Both the position numbers and the translations under genes were made by a program. Source: an uncultured Clostridia bacterium (lineage in GTDB: Bacteria > Bacillota > Clostridia > Christensenellales > UBA1242). Taken from it: a DNA stretch of 64,000 nt. Location: contig CALVOG010000002.1 of the NCBI GenBank assembly GCA_944350265.1, positions 42,567 to 106,566 on the forward strand, in the 5' to 3' direction. The notes below the pieces were generated by a model, which had not been told where the DNA came from, searched no databases, and saw only the letters and a program-made list of their open reading frames with translations. Shown piece after piece: positions 35,986 to 45,662 of the stretch (within the stretch, counting starts at the first letter, position 1; each line of letters opens with the position of its first letter).

Positions 35986-36425
35986 AAAAAATCTTTAAAG
36001 GCAGAGTGATTTGCGCGGGCGAGTATGAGGGCGAATGTGTGGTGTCAAGGCAAGGCTTAAACACCCTTGCAACCTTTCAAAAGTCCGCACTTATGAACAA
36101 GAAAAAGGTGATAGGTTCCGACCAAAACAACAAGGATGTAGATGGCAAAAATCTCACAGGCGTTGCGCTTATTTTACCGCAAACAATCGGCTCGACAACG
36201 GGCGGGTTAGTGATTCAAACGATATGCCAAATGAAAATTAATCCGTCGGCGTTGCTGTTTAGCGAGGAAATTGATTCGCTCGCCGCAAGCGGTGTGATAT
36301 TGGCCAAAAATTGGGAAAATTCAAACATAATCGCCATCGACAAACTTGGAAATGACATTCTTTCGGCGGTTAAAACGGGCGACAAAATAAGGGTGTCAAA
36401 AGACGGCATGGTGGAAATTTTATAA
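35982..36425 (+). CDS. Aconitase X swivel (small) subunit, DUF126 family
   Basis: Contains KGRVICAGEYEGECVVS...LILPQTIGSTTGGLVIQ. A 4-nt overlap (ATGA) with the large subunit suggests translational coupling. Confidence 0.78.
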   Translation: MKKIFKGRVICAGEYEGECVVSRQGLNTLATFQKSALMNKKKVIGSDQNNKDVDGKNLTGVALILPQTIGSTTGGLVIQTICQMKINPSALLFSEEIDSLAASGVILAKNWENSNIIAIDKLGNDILSAVKTGDKIRVSKDGMVEIL

Positions 36426-36456
36426 TATTTTTTGAAAGAATTTTTTCCGCAAAAGA

Positions 36457-36483
36457 AAGAGGAGACCTCGTCTCCTTTTTTTG
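36457..36483 (+). terminator. Terminator after the acnX pair
   Basis: Hairpin GGAGAC-ctc-GTCTCC followed by TTTTTTT. Confidence 0.8.
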
Positions 36484-36544
36484 CGCGCAAACAAGAAGAG
36501 AATAATTTTCTTGCAATGGGAGAAACTACCTTTTGGAGGTAGTT

Positions 36545-37795
36545 ATGAAATTTAATCCATTTTTGGAAAAGCCAAAGAGTTTGGAAAGTTGCCTTATGGA
36601 CCTTAAAAAAATTTGCGGAGTGCCATACAAAAAGTTGGAAAGTAGCCCATATACCCGCGTTCGTTGCATTCTTATGAACGGCACAGAGTATGAGGCGGTT
36701 TGGTTTGGCCATCATTTTCACCGAAGTGTCGACGACAACGATTTAAAGCGCTCTCTTGCCCTTGTTAGGAGGAGTGAACAACAACAGCAAAAACTGATAT
36801 CGTCGCTTAAACCTATCGATGAGAATTTGCTTGAAACGACGATTGGTTATGAACAACTCGCCGTTGATTTAACCGCGTTTTTGGCGCAAAATGTGAAGGA
36901 TAAAATGATAAAGGACGCTCTCGACTTTGCTCTTTTAGAGGACTTTGACCACCTTTATCGCTATGCGAATATGCTGGAGAGCGATATGGGCGCAAAGGCG
37001 GAAGATTATGTTGGTGATTACACCGAAATAATGCCAGGCAGACCAACAATCGCACATCACAGGCACCCGTATGACAGCGTTAAAAACCACATTGTCAACA
37101 AAACAGCGGACCCGTTCGATAAGTGTGCAGTGAACATCATCACAACTGCCGAACAGCAAACGATGAATTATTATATGAACCTAGGTCAGTTCTATAAAAA
37201 CCAGAAGGGCAGGGAAATTTACGCTGAAATTGCAATGATAGAGGAACAGCACGTCACGCATTATGGCTCGCTTATCGACCCGTCCGCGTCGCTTTTTGAA
37301 ATGTGTTTGATGCACGAATATATCGAGTGTTATCTTTATTACTCTATGCTTGCCGACGAAAGCGACGAGAACGTTAAAAAGGTTTGGGAAATGCTGTTAG
37401 AGCAAGAGATTGCACATCTTCATAGTGCCGTTAAAAATCTTCGCAAATATGAGAAAAAGGACTGGCAAGAGGTGATTCCTAACGGCGAGTTTCCAAAACT
37501 TATCAAATTTGAGTCCAACAAAAACTATATTCGAAATATTTTAAAGGACACCATTTTAAACACGGCAGATAGAGAGGGTTATCGAAATGTCAATGATATG
37601 CAAGACGACGCCGACTTTTTTAAATACCAAAAAAGAGTAATAAAGAAAGAGGCGGATGAGCCAGCGCACAAGGTGACAGTGGAACACATCGACCGCTTTG
37701 GAAAGGACTATCGTGTGGCGGACAAGGAAGGTCCTGTCAAGGCGCTAAATAATCGCACCGCCGACAATGTGGAAATCGGCAGGAAAAAGAGTTAA
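36545..37795 (+). CDS. Ferritin-like (diiron-carboxylate type) domain protein, function unknown
   Basis: ExxH-type motifs IEEQHVTHY and LEQEIAHLH, plus additional conserved Glu-containing helices. The ATG at 36545 follows GGAGG; the track start at 36533 is a TTG inside the RBS. Confidence 0.45.
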   Translation: MKFNPFLEKPKSLESCLMDLKKICGVPYKKLESSPYTRVRCILMNGTEYEAVWFGHHFHRSVDDNDLKRSLALVRRSEQQQQKLISSLKPIDENLLETTIGYEQLAVDLTAFLAQNVKDKMIKDALDFALLEDFDHLYRYANMLESDMGAKAEDYVGDYTEIMPGRPTIAHHRHPYDSVKNHIVNKTADPFDKCAVNIITTAEQQTMNYYMNLGQFYKNQKGREIYAEIAMIEEQHVTHYGSLIDPSASLFEMCLMHEYIECYLYYSMLADESDENVKKVWEMLLEQEIAHLHSAVKNLRKYEKKDWQEVIPNGEFPKLIKFESNKNYIRNILKDTILNTADREGYRNVNDMQDDADFFKYQKRVIKKEADEPAHKVTVEHIDRFGKDYRVADKEGPVKALNNRTADNVEIGRKKS

Positions 37796-38002
37796 GAAAG
37801 GCGTGACTCGTTAAAAAAGTTACAAACTTAAACTTTCACTAAAAACCAAGCCATTCACAATTATCCTAAGTTTTTGCCTTTAACAATTCAAAAATGTTAT
37901 TCAAAAAAGTTATTAAGAAATTTTACCTTGTGATTTTTCAAAATAGGAAATATTTTTAATAAAAAAAGGAGAACCTCTATCCCTTTTTTATAAGCAAGTG
38001 TT

Positions 38003-38236
38003 TTAGCCGTTGAAGGCAAGTTTGTTGCCTTCTTTGTCTTTAAACGCACCGCAAAGGCACATAATAAAGTCAACCAAAACGCCAATGCCGAAAAGTCCGC
38101 CAGTGAAGATGTAAAGAATGCCAGTGCCAATTTTGCCGACCATAAACCTATGCACACCAAGTGCGCCAAAGAAGAAGCACATTATCGCCAAAAACCAGCC
38201 TTTGCGCGTGATGCTAACTTCTGTTTGTTCTGCCAT
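38003..38236 (-). CDS. TM2 domain-containing small membrane protein
   Basis: FFGALGVHRFMVGKIGTGILYIFTGGLFGIGVLVDFI matches the recalled TM2 pattern. The ATG at 38236 is preferred over the upstream TTG at 38284. Confidence 0.7.
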   Translation of the reverse strand: MAEQTEVSITRKGWFLAIMCFFFGALGVHRFMVGKIGTGILYIFTGGLFGIGVLVDFIMCLCGAFKDKEGNKLAFNG

Positions 38237-38499
38237 ATTTCCCTTCTTTATATTAGGATATCCGCAATAAAACTTTTTTGTCAAGCAAAATGCAAAAATT
38301 TTTTTCTAAGGTGTTGCAGTGAGATTATCTTTTGTCTTGGCGTTTTATTTTGGCGCTCTAAGCTCAATTTTTGCCGTGTTATGGGCTATGATATCATTTT
38401 TTATTTAACTTTTTCCTATAGCGGATAAATTTAATTACAGTTTTTTTGCACTATGACATCGAAATAATTTAATTACCATACCGCACCAAATTAGAACTT

Positions 38500-39534
38500 T
38501 TAAAAATTAAGATTTGTAAGTGCCGACCAGGTGTTTTTGCCCACAAGCCCGTCGGCAGTAAGGTTGTTTCCTCTTTGGAAGGCGACAACTGCGTTTTTCG
38601 TTCGCGTGCCGAAAATGCCGTCGATATTGCCAACGGGATAAAGCGCGCTTTCCAAAAGTTGTTGGAGGAATGTGACATATTTGCCTCTACTGCCCTCTCT
38701 TAAAAGAGGATATGGCGGAAGTGTGAGGAGGGTTCGCCACGTGTTTGCGCCCACAAGCCCGTCAACGGAAAGAGAGTTATCTCTTTGAAATTTTTTCACC
38801 GCTTCAAGCGTTCGCGCGCCGAAGATGCCGTCAACTGACAGGCGAAATCCGCTTTGATTTAACAAAAATTGCACGAGAAAAACAAAATTTCCTCTCGAAC
38901 CGCTTGTTAAAAGTGGGTAGTTTGCAAGATTATCTCTTGGCAAATATTTAACGCCCAAATATTCACAAACGCCTTCACACGCCTCTTCGCCAACCTCGGT
39001 TTGAAAAAGCGGATTAATCATCAGGCGCGCCTCTCGCAAGTTGGTCATAAAGCCTGCCTCAATTAGAGCCGATGTGCAGTTCACACTGCTCAAAACTCCC
39101 ACGTCCAAGGTTTTCACACCGCGCGCCGTTTGTCTTGTTCCGCCCTTAAGTTTTTCAAAGATATCCTCCGCAAGCGCTCGGCTTTGGCTGGCGCGAGGGT
39201 TTAAAGGCGAGTAGAACACCTCAAAGCCCGACGCGTCGTTAAAATCGTTTTCAAAGGCGTTATATGCAAAGGTGACAAGCAGGGTTAAATTTTGCCTATT
39301 AATGCGATTGACGCGCTCTCCGATGGAAATGTCGTTTTCTTCAGGCTTGACGTCAAACACCGAAAAATCTTGGCGCATACACGCCTCAATGAAAAAGTTT
39401 TTTGCCTGCCTATTAAACTCGTTTTCGTAAATTTGTCGGTTTAGACCCGGCACTTCGGGCGTCCGCTTGCCGGGCGTGGGAGGATTCACACCGTGCTCGT
39501 CGTTGGCGCCGATTAAAAAATCTTCATTTGCCAT
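38500..39534 (-). CDS. Cell-wall hydrolase: N-acetylmuramoyl-L-alanine amidase-like domain plus two PG_binding_1 repeats
   Basis: Two C-terminal repeats of G-S-R-G-x-x-V-x-x-L-Q-x-x-L...DGIFG.RT..AV..FQR.N.L..DGLVG.NTW..L. The N-terminal region resembles the Amidase_3 type (less certain). Confidence 0.65.
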   Translation of the reverse strand: MANEDFLIGANDEHGVNPPTPGKRTPEVPGLNRQIYENEFNRQAKNFFIEACMRQDFSVFDVKPEENDISIGERVNRINRQNLTLLVTFAYNAFENDFNDASGFEVFYSPLNPRASQSRALAEDIFEKLKGGTRQTARGVKTLDVGVLSSVNCTSALIEAGFMTNLREARLMINPLFQTEVGEEACEGVCEYLGVKYLPRDNLANYPLLTSGSRGNFVFLVQFLLNQSGFRLSVDGIFGARTLEAVKKFQRDNSLSVDGLVGANTWRTLLTLPPYPLLREGSRGKYVTFLQQLLESALYPVGNIDGIFGTRTKNAVVAFQRGNNLTADGLVGKNTWSALTNLNF

Positions 39535-39670
39535 AAAATCTCCTTTTCAAACTTTCTTATGAAAGGGAAAAAGATTTTGTCACAGGCGCCTTTAACTACT
39601 GCCAAACATTTTTACGAAAATTTTGAAATTATGGTTTTATTTTTTTCATAAAATGTGATATGATGTTGTT

Positions 39671-41764
39671 ATGGAAAAGAGTTTAAAAAGAAAGGGAATT
39701 TTGAAGATGGTTTTCCTAGTGGGCGTTTTTTTAATGCTCGCTCTTTCGCTTGCAGGGTGCGGGACCACATTTGAGCCTCCTAAACCAGACGCTTTGAATA
39801 ACAAGTATTTTATCAACAATTATTCGGTCGACATTGAAGTTGGCGAGAATAATGTTTATCGCATAAATGAAAAAATCACCGTCACACTCTTTGGCGGAGT
39901 GAATGGCATTGTGCGCTCCATTCCAACTGAGCAAACGATTGGCGTGCCAAGTGAAAATGGCAAGCGCAAGGTGAAGAATTATAAGTTTGAGATTTCCAAT
40001 TTTGAAGTGAACAACACCGAAGATTTTATAGACTCGGTTGGCTCCTATGCCGATATGTGGTATGAGGGAGAAAATTACGGCGAGTCTTATCGATATTTTT
40101 ATCTATATCTGCCAGAATATATGGGCGGAAGAGAGGGTGGCGAGGGCGATTTTCCAACCTTCACCTTTGACTTCTCTTACACCTATGACCTCGGCGAGGA
40201 TAGAGACACAACTAAGGACTTTGTTTATTTTAACATCATTGGCAACCTTGTTGACACCCACATAGGGCAGGTGGAATTTTCGATAACGCTTCCAAAGGAT
40301 GTTGGCGAGGATATTAGCAAACTGAAATTCTATGCTGGCAATTATGGCAACGACGACGAATGTGAAATCACTTATCAATACGAAACAGCGGACAAAGCCG
40401 TTCTTAGTGGCAAAATGGAACCAACCAAAAAGGGCTATTTTAACTTTTATGACACCACCGCGGAGGGCGAGGTCGTGCCTCACGCTGAGGATTGCGCGCT
40501 CTATTATGGCGAGGCGCTCACCGTTTACTTACCGCTTGAAGAGGGCTATTTTAACGTTCCACGTTCGTTCACGTTCGACATAGTTTTACTTTGCGTTTTC
40601 CTTGCGCTTGTTGTTATCCTAATCGTATTCTACATTCGCCATAGGCGCAAAAATGACTTAATCGACGTGGTTGAATTTAAGGCGCCCGACGGACTCACGC
40701 CAACTGAGGCAGGTTACATTATCGACCGCACCGTTTCTGGTGACGACGTGACAGCGCTTATCGTTTATTGGGCGTCGAAGGGGTATGTGGCAATTGAAGA
40801 AAAGGAAAAGAAAATCTACATCAAAAAAGTGAAAGACCTCACAAACGGAAAACCGCACGAAATAATTTTCTTTAACTCACTTTTTGCAACCAACACCACA
40901 ATCGACACTTCCAGCCTAAATTCTTTCAGCCCACTTCTAGGACAAAAAATTTCAAACTCGATAAAGAAGGAAGGAAAAAAATATTTTAACCACAATGTTG
41001 ACGGCTACTACCATATCTCGCTTGTTGCCATTTTTGTGGCTATGGTTTTGACGATTGTGCGCATCGACCTTCAAAGTTTGAACTATCTTTTTATGATTCT
41101 CAAAATCTTTTTGGCGTTTATCGGTTTAGCGCTTTTGTGGCGACTTCCAAACATAGAAAAGTTTAAGCATAAGCAAAAGAAAAGTAAGGTTTGGACGAAA
41201 AAGATACTCCTTCTTGTCTTTTCGCTTGCCTGCTTTATCGGCATCATTCTTATGAGCGAGGCGTATTGCGACCCGTTCTTTATGCGAATTTTCCTTCCGC
41301 TTGTTCCTGTTGCCCTCTTCTTTATTTACCCATACTTTCAAATCTACACCAAGGAGGGGCTTTCCTATCTTGGGAGACTTCGCGGGCTTAAACAATATAT
41401 TGAAGTGGCGGAAAAGGACAGAATGGAGGCAATGGTGAAAGAAAATCCAACCCTCTTTTATGACGTTTTGCCATACGCATATGTTTTGGGCGTCAGCGAT
41501 GTGTATATGAAAAAGTTCGAGTCCATACCACTTCAACCGCCTGCGTGGCTTAACACCGACAACGTCCTCACCCTTTATCTCACCATACATCTTTTAAACC
41601 ACAATATGGCGCGCATCGGCGTTTTGGTGGGCAACACAATGGTGAAAGCGATGGTCAAAGAGGTGGCAAAAATTGCCGCGACGGTTGCCATATCCAACAT
41701 CGGCGATGGTGGTGGTGGATTCTCTGGCGGTGGCGCAGGTGGCGGTGGCGTTAGCACTTTTTAG
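39671..41764 (+). CDS. DUF2207-family membrane lipoprotein
   Basis: Lipobox LSLAGC. A large N-terminal ectodomain is followed by several TM helices. The Gly-rich C-terminus GDGGGGFSGGGAGGGGVSTF is typical of DUF2207 proteins. Confidence 0.7.
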   Translation: MEKSLKRKGILKMVFLVGVFLMLALSLAGCGTTFEPPKPDALNNKYFINNYSVDIEVGENNVYRINEKITVTLFGGVNGIVRSIPTEQTIGVPSENGKRKVKNYKFEISNFEVNNTEDFIDSVGSYADMWYEGENYGESYRYFYLYLPEYMGGREGGEGDFPTFTFDFSYTYDLGEDRDTTKDFVYFNIIGNLVDTHIGQVEFSITLPKDVGEDISKLKFYAGNYGNDDECEITYQYETADKAVLSGKMEPTKKGYFNFYDTTAEGEVVPHAEDCALYYGEALTVYLPLEEGYFNVPRSFTFDIVLLCVFLALVVILIVFYIRHRRKNDLIDVVEFKAPDGLTPTEAGYIIDRTVSGDDVTALIVYWASKGYVAIEEKEKKIYIKKVKDLTNGKPHEIIFFNSLFATNTTIDTSSLNSFSPLLGQKISNSIKKEGKKYFNHNVDGYYHISLVAIFVAMVLTIVRIDLQSLNYLFMILKIFLAFIGLALLWRLPNIEKFKHKQKKSKVWTKKILLLVFSLACFIGIILMSEAYCDPFFMRIFLPLVPVALFFIYPYFQIYTKEGLSYLGRLRGLKQYIEVAEKDRMEAMVKENPTLFYDVLPYAYVLGVSDVYMKKFESIPLQPPAWLNTDNVLTLYLTIHLLNHNMARIGVLVGNTMVKAMVKEVAKIAATVAISNIGDGGGGFSGGGAGGGGVSTF

Positions 41765-41915
41765 GCACAAAGCACAGTGGAAAAGTGGAAAACTCCAAAA
41801 AATTTTTCGCTAAAAACCACTTAAAAGCGCGATGCGATGTGGATAACTTTTTGTTAAAAAATGAACTATGCGCATTAAATAATAAAACAACCTATTAAAA
41901 TTCCAAGGAGGAAAT

Positions 41916-43040
41916 ATGAAAAAAGGACTTAAAATTGCAGGCGTCAGCATACTTATTGCCGTTATGCTTTTGCTTGTCATTCTTTTAAGTTATGTTGCGT
42001 ATTTGGCAGTGGGGTATTATCGCATAGCCGACAATCTCGCAGTGACAGTTACCAACAACAAAGAGGAGATGGTCGCACTTGACACCACCTATAAAATCTC
42101 CACCTACAACATCGGTTTTGGAGCATATTCGCACGATTTTTCCTTCTTTATGGATAGTGGTGAAATGAAGGACGGCACAAAAGTTTCGGGTAAGCATTCG
42201 CGTGCGAAAAATAAGGCGGATGTGCTTAAAAACACCACTGGCGCGATTGAAACCATCTCAGCCGAGAATGTGGACTTCGCCTTTTTTCAGGAGGTGGACC
42301 TCAAAGCCGACCGAAGCCATTTTGTCAATCAGTATGAGATGATATGCGAAAGTTTTGATGGGTATTCTTCGAGTTTTGTGGAAAATATGCACACCCGCTT
42401 TTTGTGCTATCCGTTTTCCGAACCGATTGGAAGCATTAAGGGCGGACAAGCAACTCTTTCAAAGTATAAAATTTCTTCCGCCTATCGTCGTTCCTTCCCA
42501 ATCGACGAAAGTTTTGTGGAAAAATTCTTTGACCTCGACAGGTGTTTTGAGGTGAACTATCTTCCAATACAAAACTCCGAAAAAATGCTTGTTTTAATCA
42601 ATCTTCATATGTCTGCTTACGATGAGGGCGGGAAGATAAGAGAAAAACAACTCGATATGCTCTTGTCGTTTATGGAAAAGGAATATGAAAACGGCAACTA
42701 TGTCATTGCAGGTGGCGATTGGAACCACGACATCGCTAACAGCATAAACACCTTCGCCTCTCAGCAAAAGGTGCCTGACTGGGTGAAGGAAATCAATGAA
42801 AGCGAACTGTCAACTCACCTCTCGTTTGCGGTGGGCGACAACAGCGTGGCAACTTGCCGTTCCACTGATATGCCGTATGAAAAGGGCGTCAACTACACCG
42901 TGATTTTAGATGGCTTTTTGGTTACGGACAATGTGCATGTCGATTCGGTTGTGAACATCGACACCGACTTTGAATTTTCCGACCATAACCCAGCCACGAT
43001 GACGTTCACCCTCATCGAAGAAAAAGAAGAAGAGGTTTAA
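41916..43040 (+). CDS. Membrane-anchored endonuclease/exonuclease/phosphatase (EEP) family protein
   Basis: N-terminal TM anchor. EEP-like motifs are FAFFQEVD, GGDWNHD and the C-terminal SDHNP. Confidence 0.7.
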   Translation: MKKGLKIAGVSILIAVMLLLVILLSYVAYLAVGYYRIADNLAVTVTNNKEEMVALDTTYKISTYNIGFGAYSHDFSFFMDSGEMKDGTKVSGKHSRAKNKADVLKNTTGAIETISAENVDFAFFQEVDLKADRSHFVNQYEMICESFDGYSSSFVENMHTRFLCYPFSEPIGSIKGGQATLSKYKISSAYRRSFPIDESFVEKFFDLDRCFEVNYLPIQNSEKMLVLINLHMSAYDEGGKIREKQLDMLLSFMEKEYENGNYVIAGGDWNHDIANSINTFASQQKVPDWVKEINESELSTHLSFAVGDNSVATCRSTDMPYEKGVNYTVILDGFLVTDNVHVDSVVNIDTDFEFSDHNPATMTFTLIEEKEEEV

Positions 43041-43109
43041 TTCTTTTTTTGCTTTGTTTACTTGTCTTTTCTATGCAATAGAGGTAAAATGTTATGTGAG
43101 AGGTGAATT

Positions 43110-43475
43110 ATGATAAAATTTTATAGATGTCGCCATTGTGGCAATGTGATTGTGAAAGTTGTCGACAGCGGAGTGCCGGTTGTTTGTTGCGGAGAGGTTA
43201 TGGAAGAACTGAAACCTAACACTACCGATGGCGCGGTTGAAAAGCACGTTCCTGTGATTGAAAAGAAGAACGGCAAAACTGTTGTGCGCGTCGGCGAGGT
43301 TCCTCATCCAATGACGGCGGAGCATTACATACCGCTTGTTGTTGCCACAAATAAGGACGGTTTTGAAATAAAAAAACTTGCACCAAACGATAAGCCAGAA
43401 GTGATATTTGAGGGAGTTGGCTTTACCGAATTTTATGCCTTTTGTAATCTTCACGGCTTGTGGCTCGGTAAGTGA
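43110..43475 (+). CDS. dfx: Desulfoferrodoxin (superoxide reductase)
   Basis: N-terminal desulforedoxin-like segment CRHCGNV...VVCCG, then EKHVPV and HPMTAEHYI, which are typical of the neelaredoxin domain. Confidence 0.88.
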   Translation: MIKFYRCRHCGNVIVKVVDSGVPVVCCGEVMEELKPNTTDGAVEKHVPVIEKKNGKTVVRVGEVPHPMTAEHYIPLVVATNKDGFEIKKLAPNDKPEVIFEGVGFTEFYAFCNLHGLWLGK

Positions 43476-43575
43476 TAGGTAAAATCAATTTGATTACTCA
43501 CCCGCACAGCAAATTCCAACGCGGTTAGTATTGGGAAAAAACACGCAATAAGTTCAATTAAAAGAAAAAAAATAG

Positions 43576-43605
43576 TTGACTTTATCTTTTTTTGTGTGCT
43601 ATAAT
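43576..43605 (+). promoter_or_regulatory. Strong orphan promoter (extended -10) ~285 nt upstream of tRNA-Ser(UGA)
   Basis: TTGACT (43576-43581), an 18-nt spacer, then TGc-TATAAT (43597-43605). No ORF follows. Confidence 0.6.
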
Positions 43606-43889
43606 TAAAGGCGTAATCATAGTAGGTCACCTATAAGACGGGAAATTATAAACTATGTGATGTTAAAATTTTGTTAACTCAAAATTTTAATAAATTCTAA
43701 CGAATTTAGCGTGCTTTTCATCACAGTTTGAATAAACATCAGTCTCACTCAAATGCGACTTCGTCGCGCTTGGTTCGACTTCCGATAATATAAAATATGT
43801 GACCTAAAGCAAGGGAATAAAAAGAGGAAAGATTGTTTGCAAATACAAAATTTCTAAAAAACAAACCCTTACTTAAAAAGAGAAAATCG

Positions 43890-43977
43890 TGGAGGATTGG
43901 CTGAGCGGTTTAAAGCGGCGGTCTTGAAAACCGTTGATGTGAAAGCATCCGCAGGTTCGAATCCTGTGTCCTCCGCC
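43890..43977 (+). tRNA. tRNA-Ser (anticodon UGA), CCA encoded
   Basis: Acceptor stem GGAGGAT/GTCCTCC, anticodon loop CT-TGA-AA, long variable arm, T-arm GCAGG-TTCGAAT-CCTGT. Confidence 0.9.
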
Positions 43978-44232
43978 AACAAGAGCGCAGGGATATGAAA
44001 CCCTTGCGCTTTTTTGTTAGCAAAAATAAAAGCGGACTTTTTCGGCCCACTAATTTTTAAACTTTCATTAAGTTATCTTATTTGCAGACTATGTTTATTT
44101 TGAATTGAAAAAATCTGTTTTTAATCTATTACAAATTCATATGTGATGTTTTTAATTTTAGATTATATTAGACGAGTTTGAATGATATGACTCTATTATG
44201 TGATATTTGTTTTAATGTGGTGCGATATAGTT

Positions 44233-45111
44233 CTATTTTGAGCGTTGTTGATTGATGGCAATAGAGAGAACATCTTTGTCGTTTTGTAATTTTTCAGAAG
44301 CGAACACCACGGCGCGCTTGTCCGCCATAATCGCTGACATAACAACTTCTTTGTCATTACGCATTCTTTCTGAGGCGTAAGCAAGTGCAACACCTCCACG
44401 CGTTTCGCTTTTAACCGCTTTCAAAACGACGTCGCGGTCGTTTTTCAGCCTTTCGCTTGCAAATTTTAGTGCCTCTCCATTTTGTTTGACGGCAAGAAGG
44501 ACCACCTCTTTGTCATTTCTTAGTCTTTCGCTGGCATATTCAAGCGCCTCCCCACACCGCGCAACTGCTGTCATAACCACAGCCTTATCGTCGCGTAGCC
44601 ATTCAAGCGCTCGATTTAGCGTGCGTCCATTCAGTTTAACAGCGCTTAAAACGATGCCTCTATTTCCTCTTAATTTCTCAGTCGCATATCCGAAAGCGAC
44701 CCAGTCTTGCGTGATTGCCAGATTCAAAACTTCATGGTCATTTCTTAGTTTTTCGCTGGCATATTTAAAGGCAAGCCCTTTTTCTCTTACTGCCACCGAA
44801 ACCACCTCTTTGTCATTTCTTAGCCTTTCGCTGGCATATTCAAGCGCCTCGCCACACTGCTCGACTGCTGTCATAACCACAAACTTATCTGCTCTCAAAT
44901 TTTCTGTGGCATATCTAAGTGCAAGCCCGCATTGTTTCACTGCTTCTAACACAATTTCTCTATCCCTTTTAAGGTTGGGCGAAGCGAATTCAAGTGCAAG
45001 TCCATCCGCTTTCACCGCACTCAAAACAATTTCTTTGTTGTTTTTAATTTCCATTGGGGCGTATTTTAGGCTAAATTTCCAACGTTCCGTTAAATTATCA
45101 ATATTCACCAT
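44233..45111 (-). CDS. DUF4116 repeat protein
   Basis: About eight tandem ~30-37-aa repeats of the form NDKEVVL.AVKQNG.AL.YASE.LRND. Confidence 0.75.
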   Translation of the reverse strand: MVNIDNLTERWKFSLKYAPMEIKNNKEIVLSAVKADGLALEFASPNLKRDREIVLEAVKQCGLALRYATENLRADKFVVMTAVEQCGEALEYASERLRNDKEVVSVAVREKGLAFKYASEKLRNDHEVLNLAITQDWVAFGYATEKLRGNRGIVLSAVKLNGRTLNRALEWLRDDKAVVMTAVARCGEALEYASERLRNDKEVVLLAVKQNGEALKFASERLKNDRDVVLKAVKSETRGGVALAYASERMRNDKEVVMSAIMADKRAVVFASEKLQNDKDVLSIAINQQRSK

Positions 45112-45422
45112 ATTTTATCCTCGTTTTATTCTAGCATTAAATAGAAGATTATGCAATACGTTTTTAGAAATTAGGTGGTGTTTAACAAAAAAACAAGTTA
45201 GGAGTTTTTGTGAGAGAGGTGGTGAGAATTTTTAAAAGCAGGCTTTGTGCTATGTAAGCCTGCAATCGCAGGCTATTTTTAATCAAAGATATTTGAAATT
45301 AATTTTTGTGTCAACTATCGATGATAAAGAAAAGTTTATTTAAAAGATGTTAATTAAAACTAATTGGAAACCAAAAAGTTATTTGAAATTAAATTGCTAT
45401 AAGGGATGTCAAAAACTCGGCG

Positions 45423-45662
45423 TTATAAATCAATTTTTTTAATTTGAAAGTAAAGATGACCGCACACCGAGCCGACGGTGCCATTCTCATTTTTGATTTT
45501 CAAAGTGTCATCGGCGTTAAATTCAAACACTTGCCGAGCGTTTAAAATGCAATATTTGCTGTTTGGAATTTGGCAAGAACAGTCGGTTTGGTCGTCGCCA
45601 TTTAATTGCAAGAGATTAAATATTAAAGTGTTTTTTGTAGGCGTGGTAGATTTGCGTTGCAA
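45423..45662 (-). CDS. Hypothetical small protein (79 aa), weak call
   Basis: Track ORF only. It overlaps the 3' end of the upstream gene by 47 nt. No family recognised. Confidence 0.25.
   Translation of the reverse strand: MQRKSTTPTKNTLIFNLLQLNGDDQTDCSCQIPNSKYCILNARQVFEFNADDTLKIKNENGTVGSVCGHLYFQIKKIDL

Noticed and set aside
38500-39534. A suspicion that the amidase domain has lost a zinc-ligand His (FAYNAF where SIHxNA is expected).
   Set aside because: The alignment was made by eye against a remembered motif and the register is uncertain. That is not strong enough to claim a pseudoenzyme.
43606-43889. Assigning the orphan transcript to a known RNA family (6S, SRP/scRNA, tmRNA, RNase P).
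   Set aside because: I could not find diagnostic motifs: no GGAAGCAGC-type SRP domain IV, no GAGGAAAGTCC of RNase P, and no tmRNA tag ORF or tRNA-like end. It stays a candidate only.
43890-45111. A tRNA-Ser-adjacent genomic island or prophage remnant.
   Set aside because: No integrase, recombinase or phage genes are present, and I saw no duplicated tRNA 3' end. Only the synteny break, reported separately, supports an insertion.
44486-45235. A 249-aa plus-strand ORF rich in Ser, Leu and Ala.
   Set aside because: It is antisense to the DUF4116 repeat gene, and its periodic low-complexity sequence mirrors that gene's repeats.
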